DNA of 62,531 nucleotides, filler included, from Sphacelaria rigidula (lineage: Eukaryota): the NCBI GenBank assembly GCA_964200075.2. It is 7 parts of 7 records of this genome, joined end to end, with 100 filler letters (N's around TTAATTAATTAA, not from the genome) between each part and the next. Parts side by side here need not be neighbours in the genome. Positions count along the whole stretch, not along the records: positions 44,740 to 53,585 come from CAXNAA020009949.1; positions 53,686 to 62,531 come from CAXNAA020009950.1; 5 more parts are not named here. One strand, written 5' to 3'. Below, piece after piece: positions 51,670 through 62,531 of this stretch (position 1 is the first letter of the stretch; every line of letters starts with the position of its first letter). The notes below the pieces were generated by a model that worked only from the letters and a program-made list of their open reading frames with translations, was not told where the DNA came from and did no database searches. A program made the translations under genes and the position numbers.

Positions 51670-51964
51670 CTTGAATATACAATGATAAATAAAATCGCTC
51701 TGACCTTTAACAATGAACAGCCCGTCTTTTCTGTAATTCTTTTTTTCGTTTTTTTTCGTCTGTGATGAACCTCCCCGGCTGTCGAAGAGACTGGGACTGG
51801 CTATGTAGCGAAATGTACTTTCGCTCCCGATCCTCTGCCCTCTCCTCACTCCCTACCGCCCGCCTCTTGGGAGTAGACGCTATTACTATTTTCAAGTCAA
51901 TTTCCGGAAACCAGAAGGTCGTTTTTCACATTTCGTTTTTTTAGCAGGCGTAGTCTCCTTCCCT

Positions 51965-52651
51965 CCCCCAGTCTACGCGTTTTGGTATATGTGGACGTAT
52001 CCGCCGGGGTCACACAGGAGGAAGGTTATCAGACAGGAGTTTTTTTTTCAGCGCTCCACCTTCCCTTTGCAGTGTTTCCCTTGTATTTTTCAACGCGACC
52101 AGGGTCGCAGCGATCTCTTTGCCTCGTCGACCGTCAAATCGAATTTTGTGTCGCCACGACATAATCGCTCTCCGCTGTTGGGCACGATTATTATTATTAT
52201 TATTTGTATTATTATTTGTATTATTATTTGTAATATTATTTGTATTATTTTGTCGCACTTTGAACCCCTCCCCTTCCTAGGGACGAGTCCGTGGTCCCAA
52301 GAGATCAACCCATCTCTCCCCGGTATAAGTCTTGCATTCTGTTCTCGCAGATTGCGTCAGCGCTTCCGCACCGCGTTAACTCACGTCAAACACTCTCAGT
52401 CGACTACTTTTTTCACTCACGTTCCTACGCTTTCCACGGTGGAAATCAGATATCACGAAGAAGAAACCCAACGCATCGGGAATCGAACCCTTGTTCTCTC
52501 CACCCTTAAGGCGACAGTCGGATCATTACACCACTAGGGCGCACGATGCGAGGAGAAATCCCAGATCGTGTGGCTTTCGCCGAGTTTCGAACCCACGTCC
52601 CAACCGTAAGTAGGTTTTGAAGATACCAACTGAGCCACGGGGGCGACCGGC
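51965..52651 (-). mobile_element. SINE family B copy interrupted by a SINE A
   Basis: Body 51965-52188 and head 52543-52651 are colinear with the 51298-51669 copy. Confidence 0.8.
52189..52542 (-). mobile_element. SINE family A, full length with (TAA)n-like tail and TSD
   Basis: Matches 13696-14016; (gc)acgat duplicated at 52182-52188 and 52541-52547. Confidence 0.85.
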
Positions 52652-54294
52652 CAACTACATACTTCGAAGTACACAACACAGTTATTACTACCCAAAACTT
52701 ACTTCGACTTTCGGTCCCCTCCCCTCCCCCCCCTCTACACGCAGGATAAGGGTCATGTACGGGAGCTCTGAAACGACGAAGAGTGGGTTCAAATTACAGT
52801 ATTTTGGATAAGGAGGTTGAACCACAGTAGAATGTATGCGAAGAGCTCACGGCTATGTGGGCAGAAGACGCCAAAACGTTGTGATCTGAGCTCTTTCCTC
52901 CCCCACGCCCCTCCCTCCCCGCTACCCGTTTGACACAACACCAGAACGCCGAACACGCGGGCGGCAACGAGGAACCCGCCGCCATCACCTCCGCGGTGCA
53001 ATCATGGGCATCAGCGAGTGATGCATCTGCTACAAAATACACATCGGCTGCCGAGGGCACACCAGCCGCTAAGGACGGACCAGCTGCTGAGGACCCATCA
53101 GCCGCTAAGGACGGACCTGCTGCTGGGGACCCATCAGGACCACCACCGCCGCCCCCGCTGCCGCCGCCTTTGCCGCTTGCGCTTCCTCCTCCGCAGCCAG
53201 CGGTCTTGGCGGCCGGAAACGAGGAGTGGGCTGTAGGGGTAGGTCCTACCTCAAGCGATTCGACAAGCGGAGGCCGACGTGAGGGGCGGGGGCCGGTGGG
53301 GGATGGGAATGGAGGCAGATCAGCCGCGGCGGCGGTCGGCAGGGGTCCGCAACATGCCGCTGGGAGTGGCGGGGGCGGGGCAGCGGGCGGGGGTCCTGCG
53401 AAGGGGGTGGTGCTCAAGCATCCGATATCGGAACGAGCTCAGATGAAGCTGCTCGCGGTGAGTGGCGATGTTGGACGGTGGTGTATCTTTGTTCTCGTCG
53501 TGGGGTTGGCGGGGGGGGGGGGGGGGGCGAGGGGGGGGGGCGTTGGGGGGGGGGGGTTGGGGGGTGGTATTTGGTTTTGTGTTGGNNNNNNNNNNNNNNN
53601 NNNNNNNNNNNNNNNNNNNNNNNNNNNNNTTAATTAATTAANNNNNNNNNNNNNNNNNNNNNNNNNNNNNNNNNNNNNNNNNNNNCCCTCCCCCCCTTCG
53701 CCACTTTTGAAATGTAATGAAGTACAGACAACGGCGAACGCGCGCCGTGTTTTGTGTGTACCGCGTTGTATAATAATATTGTGATGGTTCGGAATGGGGG
53801 GGGCAAACGGCCAAAAAAATATACTCCGGAGAACGAAGACAAAAACAAAAGCGCGGGGGAATAATGAACACGTCATCAGGTGATCGCACCTTTGCTGAGC
53901 AGACCACGAACAGAACACACGCTTCATCCCTTACCAACTTGGTCTAGTAAGCGACACCTGTAGCCCTTTTCATCGTGAGGTTCTCGACACAGGAAGCAAG
54001 ATGGCCCGCGGCACTTCACAGCCCCTGGCATATACCCAACAGCTAGGTGAAGACGTTACACCCTTTGCTTAACTGGCCACAGCGGACCGCAAGAGCCCCA
54101 AAAGCCGAATAACACCCTTTTATGTACATTTGAGTTCGTTGGGGCTTGGTATCAGGCGCGAATGCAATCGTGTAACGCCTCGACCCAGATTGCATGTGTG
54201 GGAAGCGCACGCAATAAACCGCAGTCCAGTCCTACGCTTCGTTGCCGAGATGACCGCGTTGAAAGATCGGGACGACATTCTGCAACAAGAGGGG

Positions 54295-54295
54295 C

Positions 54296-54330
<35 letters not shown>
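54295..54330. repeat. (CAA)n microsatellite
   Basis: Direct reading. Confidence 0.95.
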
Positions 54331-54331
<1 letters not shown>

Positions 54332-57300
54332 CGAGCAGCACCTTCTATCCATGACCCTGTGTACAGATATACAGCAACATCAGTCACAGGTTTGTTGTAT
54401 TTCTTCAACATACAGTGGTTGGTGCGCACTTTCCCGAAATATAGCGCCCCAAATCGGCTCCCATTCCGGCCGATAACTGTCGATGTTGGGAACAGTGCCG
54501 TGCGGTAGCGTACTACTATCTGTGGGGGTATGTATTTACCAATACAGTCTGAGCCCACCTGCGGCCGAAGCTCAAAATAATAGGGCGGCGCTAAGTTGAC
54601 AAGGCGATCCCTATACTTGCCATGAGCAAAGCTCCCGAACGCCCGAGGCGCCGCCCACCGCACACAACGGCCGCGAGGCGGTCTAGCCGAGCCTCCAGTG
54701 TCGTGAGCCAAAACGCTTGAAGACATTATTGTCTCGTGTGTACTACATACAAGTCAAGGAAAGAATTGAGTGTGTGCAGGAATTGAGTTCAAAGAAGCTA
54801 GGGAATACCGTTGTCCGTAACACAGGGGTAGAGTTATGGCATTTGAACCCTTTCGGGACCAGACTCCCCACAACGTTATGTTTGTGGCACTTTTTCCCAC
54901 TTTGCACAATGGTGTGCTATTGGCCGGTGTCTGTTAGTTTTGCTCTCACGTCAAGATGATGGTAATTCATTAAAAGGTGCGAATTGGCATCACTTTGACT
55001 TGAAGACAATACAAGTGGACACCTGCCACTCACACACGATTGCGGGGGGAAAGGGTCCCGAAATGGTCAAGATGCTGCAAGGTGTGGAATCGGTTTCAGA
55101 ATGCATTTATGTATACTAGTGTCCAAAGGAGATGTAATAGTCCAAGAAAGCATGTGAAAAGGATCGGCACAACAGAAAGTCTCGTTATGGTTCCAGTAGA
55201 ATACAAGGAAAACGCATGACGTTTGGTTGTAACAGCTGGAGTGACTTGTATTTAGATTCTTGGTTGCAGGTTTTGGAGTCAGGTACGGTAGAAGGGGTGG
55301 AAGGGTCAAAGGGGTGGAATGAAGATCATTTCTTGTCGCTCCCCCCATCTCGATCACTTCCGTTCATTCCCCAGCTCTTCCTTCTGCTCTAGTCACAGAG
55401 GGCTGCAAGAATGCACTGGAGTTCTCTGTTTTACTTTGTGAGAAACAACAGTTGATGCAAGATAAAACCATCAACCAGCATTTTTTCTGCATCATCTGGC
55501 ACATCTCGGTGGACTTCGACGTAATCGTGAACGTTGTACTGGACACCACCGTTCTACATCGCACAAAGCGGCTGAACCTTTTCAGAAAAGGGAGCTCAAA
55601 CCTCTCCCCCGACACTGGCATTGAGGGTGGTCCGCGGGGAAGTACAACTGCAGCTATCGGCGAGAATGTCTTGTGAGAGCAATCGTTCGCGTGGCGATGT
55701 GGGCTCTGTTGGCATGGGCACTCGTTGACGAACTAGAGCTTAAGCCACCTTGCATGGGCCGGAGGACAACACAGCAGACCTAGACTCTAGTTTGTCTTAA
55801 CCATTTGGCGTTGGTGGAAAGCGAATCAGTTGGGAGCGCGCCAGACCTGGAGTCGGCGCTCTCGACGATGTCAGCGTCTAACACTGCTGGGGGAGAGAGT
55901 ATTTCAGAAAAAAAAACCTTCGACGCTTTCCCCCCAGGAGGCGAGTAACATGGATTATGCACAGCGTGAATCTCACAGGAGTGATATCCCGTCTGCTGCA
56001 GCACGTGTAGACTCAGGGACTAGCGCTGCCGGGGAGAAAAGCTCTACCGACGCTTTTGCTCCGGCGCTTCGGACCCCCGTAGCAGACGACATGAAATGTT
56101 GTCAACAGCTCCCCAAATTTCTGTGAACACTGGTAATGCTGTGTCCATCACCTCCCGTCAGAAATCAGAAAACCTTCAGGCGATTCGTCATGATGTTGAT
56201 ATGCCTGATATGTTACATAGTGAGAGGCTCACGCGTCGGGTCTCTCTCTCATAGTGCCAAGCCACGCTCTTCTACGCTGAAAACGTCGCGCAGGGGCCAA
56301 CCTTGGCATGTAACGGTTTCTGCTCAGCAGGTTAATATGCTCAGTAGCACAAAAAAACAACGCTACGCGGCATGATCGATGAAGTAGATCGAAAACCAAT
56401 TCCGCCCGGGACCCATCAGCCTCGTAGTAGACACCAAAATACAGATGTCCCAACTCAGGATGAGCAGTCCTCTCTTGAGAGAACTGCGCAGCAGGCCTGG
56501 AATATGGTGGCGGTCCAGGGTAGCGATACACAGTCGGAAGGTCGGTTCACATTATCCGCACAACCTTTCAACTCTCGTGAAGCGAAAGATGTCACTCGCA
56601 AAGCATCCGATTCTTTTGTCTGAATTGCGGCAGTTCTGAGCACCTGTAAATACGTGACTGTCCTCATGATTACATGAACGAGTTGGGCAATATTAATCAT
56701 GGAATCGGGGAAGGTTTCCCAGATAAAATTTGAGACAAATCGCGGCGACGGCAACGTCGATCGTGTGACTACCATCGTAATAGGAACAATCCTTGAGGGT
56801 GCGACGATGAAAACTGGCCATTTCATCGACAGCATCTCAGCCCGCTATGGGAACTGGAGGGCCTGACCCTCTCGCAAAGATTGGAGGTACCGGTGGCGTT
56901 ACTGTGTCCAGTCCGCGCAGTCCAACTGGCTCGGCCTTGCACAGGAGGAATACTAGTTGGGGAAACGGGGGAGATCTACGCCAAGATGGTGAGAATGACG
57001 TTTCCGCTGGAACACCAAAGTCCAAAACGGACTGATTACCCTCGTAGAAGTATTTTAAAAATTGGAAAGGATTCAACTGGTCTGCAGGCACATTACTGCA
57101 GACACGTGCAAGTGGGGCCTCGGTGTTTAAATCTTGCATGGCACGTGAGCCTGGCCTTCGGGATAGTATATCAAGTAGGGATCGCTTCCCTAGTTATGCA
57201 CCAACCCTCAACGACCGACCATGTAAAAGTTTAGAGTCGAGTGCACAAGCACGCAGCCGACTGTATCGTTTGAATCTTCGGTCGTCGGAAGGGTTACGGA

Positions 57301-57559
57301 TGAACCGCATGTGATTGTACCGTCACATGATAAAGAACACCCTGTAAAAACAGAAAGCATCCAGGGTCAGGCAAGGGGACCACATGATTGAGACACGAGG
57401 CAAAGTACTTCCAAATACACATCTGGACCGGGCAAAACAAGCAAGGATCTCCCAGCTTAAGATTCCACCACGCACAGCAGCAAAGCTCGCATCGGTCAGA
57501 GCAGAAGTAGTAGTAACCTGGGTGGAGAGATGAACGTAGCTCCTGCAGAATTCTTTTTT

Positions 57560-60500
57560 CTCGGTGCGCAGCAAAACGGCCCGCATCCGCCGAAATAATA
57601 GCAGTGCGCCGGTGGGGCACAAGGAGAATTACCCCACCAAAATTTCCACTGTGAAGGGCGAGTGTGATCGCATCGGTCAGGAGATTGGCAGCACAGTGGT
57701 GGGTAGCGATGACAGTTTTCCACCTGGAGTCTCGGATGTGCATGGCTTATCAGCTCGCAACAGGCGGGGCAACAATACTAGAGGTCAGGGAGGGCCACAC
57801 GAGGTTGGTTCTACTCTCGATCTGGCAACCGTGCATGAGGTTGGATCAGTAGACGACGGTAACGATGTGCAGGATAGCATGATCATTGATTTCCCCAATA
57901 GTGCCGTTGTAACATCCCGAGATACTTCACGCCCTGTAAACAGTGACGAGCCTTCGTGTGGCGTTATGCCCAATGCAGCAGGAGGGGATTGTGGCAAGTC
58001 TGAGAGGACTTTAGACGACGAAATTTACGTGCTGGATCCGAAAATAGGTGACCGTCTGCCTGACCCACATGTCCCTTCCCGCATTCCAGCAACAACTCCT
58101 CGCCCGATAACGCGAGGACGGAAAGGAACATATTTAGAAGAAGTTCATACAGTCGTGGGAGGGAAGCAAGCCTTGATCGCGAAAAAAGTTCAGCTCTGGT
58201 CCAAATATTTTCGGGTGCAAAAGCGACTAGAGCGACGGAGGTTAAAGCGTTGGTGGACACGGGAAGCCCCGTCGCCCTTTATTCAAAACCAGGTGTGGAA
58301 AAGAATGGTTGATATTGGGGGCGGCCACGATTGCAGGTGCCCGCGAAATTGATCCAGTATCTTGGGGAGGTTTTCATGGTGTCCCGCTGTGCATGTCATC
58401 GCAGGTCCGTTTAAATATCAGATTATGGCCTCGAAGACCCAACGCGCGACAAGCGATCGGAAATGGGAAGGCATGTTCAACAGTTTACGCACATGTTGTA
58501 CCGGAGGGCACGATGAAGTGTGTAGGATATCCTAGTAGGACGTGGTGGCCTAGGACGTTCTCAGTCAGAACGTACATAGGTGTCAACAAACGCGAGACAG
58601 TCATGGCGCTACAAGATAGTGATGAAGGCTCTGTTGACCGTGTGTTTGAGGAAGGTCTTCGCAACGCCGTTGGTGTTGTTGAATCCGGATCAGCTGCGGA
58701 GCAAGTTGTAGTCGTTTACAACGGTTGTAAGGATATGAAAAAACCACATGACTTGTCCTGGGTTCCTGCTGAATTACTCCATCAGGATGGCACACTCACC
58801 AAAACTGGCTCTCATAATGCAACTCGGAACCCAGATAGGTTTCCACGGGACGTGATTGTAGAAACTGGAGAATTCGTTATTTCTCTCCGTTTTACTGGTG
58901 CGGAGGAACAAACGTTGATTCGGAAATGCACTTTGGGCAGTGCGGGTATAATTCCTTGCCTCTTGGACGATGTTGCAATTTCCAGAACGTTTGAATCGTT
59001 GTGAGAGGAAGTGCTCACGGTAGATCTGAATGTGAACAACCCACGTCGATCGCTTTTTCATGGTTTGAATGAAGAGAAACAAGCAGCACCAAAGAGGCTG
59101 TGGGAGAAACTTCCCATACAGATGCAGAAATTAAGTTTGGTGTCAAAGGCATATATTGGACGGTGAAAGATATTGATGGGTTGACATAAAATTTATGCAA
59201 GTATTCGTATCGATTCTCCAAGGATAAAATCGACTCGGGGCATTGAACGGTGGACCCCTTTAAAAATGATTTGAAACCGGGACCCAGGCCGATCAAACAG
59301 CGCCCATACCGTCATAGCCGAGCAGTACAAGAGAAAGTGCAAGTGATAATCCACCATATGCTGGCAGCAGGTCTCTTGAGGAGATCGTATTCCAATTAGA
59401 GTAGCCCACTGGTAATCGCTAACACAGCAGATGGATTGATTCCGATTACATGCAACTGTAAGAACCTGAACGACAGTACCAATCTGGTGATGCCCCTTCC
59501 AATAATTGAAGAACTCCTGGATGAGTTGGGCGGAGCCAAAATATTTTCATGTTTACACATCACCTCGGGATATTTTGATGTGGCTATGCATCAGGACTCA
59601 CTCGCGTTGACGGCGATTTGTACTCAGAGTGGCTTGAATGAATGGTTAGTCATGGCCATGGGTTGTGGTCGAAGTCCGGGATGGTTTCAATCAAATATGG
59701 CGCGTATTTGCGGTGGTCTAGAACGTTGTACGCTGCATATTGATAGCGTGTGTACCTTCAGTGGAACTGGGAAACATGTGGAGGACTTGCAACATCTTTT
59801 TCAGAGATTGACCAAGTACAACCTTGAGTTGGCACCGCAAAAGTCACATGTAGGGGCGTGAGACTAAGTTTTGGGACACCACATCTCCGCTGATGGAATT
59901 TCCCCTGATATGGAGAAGGTGCAAGCTTTACTCATGATGCCAATGCCGACTGATGCATCCATGCTTAGATCGTTGTTGGGAGGTTTGGGACACTACCGCA
60001 AATTCATTACGCGAATGGCTGCGCGAATCAAACCTCTAACGCGATTGTTGCGTGAAGGGGTTAGCTTCCAGTTCACCTCCGAACATGAAGCCATTATCAA
60101 GGAAATTTTAACACACCTGACGAGCACGGATGTTTTAGCGTTTCCTGACTACGAAGGCGCGGCACAGGGGCAGCGACCATTTATGCTAACCACTGATGCA
60201 CCTTTAGATGGCCTGGGTGAGGTAGTTGAACACACAGGCAAAAAGACGATAAGGTTCGCCCTCTTGTGTTTCCAAGTAGAGAAACACTTTCCAGCGAGAA
60301 AATTGGATTGTGTTCGGATTAGAAGAAGCAGCCATTTCGTGGGCCATTAAAAAGAATAGATCGAATTTCTATGGTGTGCCGTTTGAGATTCATATTGACC
60401 GCCAACCGTTGCGAAATGGTTGAGCCTGGCTGAAAAGGTTAATCGAGTTCAGCGCTGGCATGATCTCTTGAATGCGTACGTACACTGATGAAATCAAATA

Positions 60501-62090
60501 CAAACCAGGACGAGTGAACGCGAATGCTGATGTGTTGCCTCGTTTGCCACAGCCACCAGATCATGATGGTGTGTTCGGGTAGGCGAAAATCACGAACCTG
60601 GAAGACGTGCATATCTGTTTCATTGGGGCTGGTGGAGTATGATCGAGTAGTTGTACCAACCCGTCCGGGGAGGAATATATATGATGTGAAGTGAGTACCC
60701 ACGATTCAAACTTGAATGAGCTGACCCCTGAATCTGGTTTGAAAAATGCGGGGAAAGAAGTAAGCGCAGCACCGCTTAGGACCTCTGAAAAAGCTGACCA
60801 ACAATGGATTGAGCTACAAAGAGAGAGGGGTAGAAGTAGTGCAAGTTGGATACGACGGAAAAGAGCGGACAAACCTCCGTACGTAGTACCGGATTACTCC
60901 CCGTCAAGTCTCCACGAATTAGTCACATGGTCAGTGGACAATGGGAACAGGGTTTATCCTTGGATGCATGTCCCATCGCGAAAGTAGCAAGAAGATCGCT
61001 AAAGCCTCTGAAACACAGAGCAGTATCAGTAATCAAGCACGCTAAATCAATAGGAAACAGCAGTGCGGGGCCACAAATAGCGGTATCACCGACTCTGGAA
61101 GCAGACGAAGCTTGTAATTTTGGAGAACAGTTGTGCCAAAAAACGGCAACATGCTGGGCCCAAATACAGCAGGCAGATCCAACGTCTAGAACGAGATCCA
61201 TCGTCTAGAACGGTCACTGCATTAAAAAACAAGTGACGGTGCTGACGAAAGATCAGGAGAAAATGTGTCCCGACACGAATTGGCTTACCCGAGTTCCACA
61301 GATTGTTGAAGAATGGAACACTTTAGGCACTGTCGGATGACAACTATTTGTTGGTAAAAAGCAGACGCCTATGCCTAGTCAAGGGAGCAGAAATCCTGGG
61401 CAATTTGAAAGATATTTGGGAGAAAAGTCGATCCGATCGTATGTGCCATTGTTGTCAAGACCTTGGGTAATGGACCAAAACCACAAATAAGCTATTGATT
61501 TGGAGGAGGGTTTCACATGATCGCTGTTGAAACGATATTACTGGTGCATCGGAATGAAACATAGTGTAGAGTTCAGGGTCAGGCGATGATACACATGCCA
61601 AGCTCGAGAAAACCCGAGATATACGGCGAGATGGCCTCTTATTTCCTTACCGTTGACAAGTCAAGCAGGACACATGGTTTCGTTTGATTTGCTGGACCCG
61701 TTCCCAAACACAAACGGAGGAAATACATTCACCAGAACAACTGGGATAAGCTGTTGTTACATGCAATTCATGCACAAAACAATAATGGCAGTAGGGGAAT
61801 AGGGTTGGCACCAAATGAGGTTCATATTGGGAGATATGCCCGGTTACGCATGATCATCCTGGAAAGAAGGGGTGTGTCTGGACACCGAGCGTTGAAGGCG
61901 GATCAACTGGAGTGCTTACATTTGAGGAGGGATCGTAAAACCAGAGCGTATAATGTGGGACAGGAAGACTAATTAATCAAATTCAAACACGAGCCGAACA
62001 ATGAGTAGGTGTAGGAAACTCTGAATCGACGACCGGAATAGGAGGTGGGTGACTGGGTATTTGTCTACGATACCAAGGGTACTATCACGT
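57560..62090 (+). mobile_element. Degenerate Ty3/gypsy LTR retrotransposon pol (protease region, RT, RNase H, integrase)
   Basis: PIKQRPYR, SSPLVI, LPIIEELLDELGGAKIFS, MAMGCGRSPGWFQ, LGHHISADGISPDMEKV, LRSLLGGLGHYRKFI, FMLTTDA, NANADVL and integrase-like LLKRYYWCIGMK...TCQAR. RT-RH-IN order. The core (59200-62090) is firm; the 5' boundary is uncertain. Confidence 0.85.
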
Positions 62091-62531
62091 CGGGTGGAAA
62101 TGCGGTACGAGAAGGGAGAACGACATCTTTATCGCCTTAACTGTCTTACTCCTGAAAGCGACCGTACACAATGTTGGTAGGAACAGGTGTTTCAGATAAA
62201 AGAGAGCTGGTGGGAGAAAAGCTACTGGCTGAGCCAGCTGACAGTGACTTTTGAACGTATTTTGGCGATGCGGAGAGTAATTCGAGGAGTTAGGCGCTGA
62301 AATTTTGACAGCATTTTTATCATCTCTACGCACAACATTCCCCGAGGTGCGTTGAAAAACAAAAACAGGAAGTTGGAGCGATTTGAAGTTTTTACAAAAA
62401 CTAGGAAAATGCTATAAGGCCGCTTCTTATAATAGACAAAAATAAAAAGCTGGAAAAAGTATTTTTGGAGCTTTTACATCGTTTCACGCCCCAAAAGAGA
62501 GCTAGGCGGAGCTTGACACCTTGGAATGACT

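Larger units (their letters stand above)
50275..53457 (+). pseudogene. Probable pseudogene with a PWWP-like domain and a Pro/Ala/Gly-rich exon
   Basis: Exons 50275-50401 (YHFFEPGGRYPWPSVVGSP...SSE|gtgagt), 52745-52833 (DKGHVREL, frameshift, KSGFKLQYFG*GG*TTV) and 52945-53457 (open 171 codons, ends QMKLLA|gtgagt). Confidence 0.4.

Overview
This is eukaryotic, repeat-rich DNA of roughly balanced GC content, most consistent with a brown alga or related stramenopile (inferred from GT(G/A)AG...CAG introns, bipartite-type presequences and repeat families). It is not one locus. Six identical 100-bp linkers (N44-TTAATTAATTAA-N44) join seven contigs of 8849, 8849, 8848, 8847, 8846, 8846 and 8846 bp, i.e. 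size-sorted unplaced contigs, so adjacency across linkers means nothing. Most of the sequence is decayed transposons: two or three LINE remnants, a Ty1/copia RT-RNaseH with PPT and 3' LTR, a Ty3/gypsy pol, a non-autonomous hAT with a BED finger, two tRNA-headed SINE families, MITEs and long foldbacks. The best-supported host gene is a complete 6-7 exon gene (38817-44300, +) encoding a signal-peptide-bearing, beta-strand-rich protein that ends in a beta-barrel-type signal (VSLRQSFRF*), a candidate OEP24-like pore of the complex plastid. It lies head-to-head (375 bp between ATGs) with exon 1 of a plastid-targeted CPYA-type glutathione S-transferase. Other points of interest are a second head-to-head pair including a putative 59-aa myristoylated microprotein, a spacer-less ~850-bp palindrome next to a cluster of short stem-loops, and several intron-containing pseudogenes (C2H2, PWWP-like, Cys-rich). 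No prokaryotic system, CRISPR array, rRNA or true tRNA gene is supported. Family assignments come from motif recognition only, with no database search.
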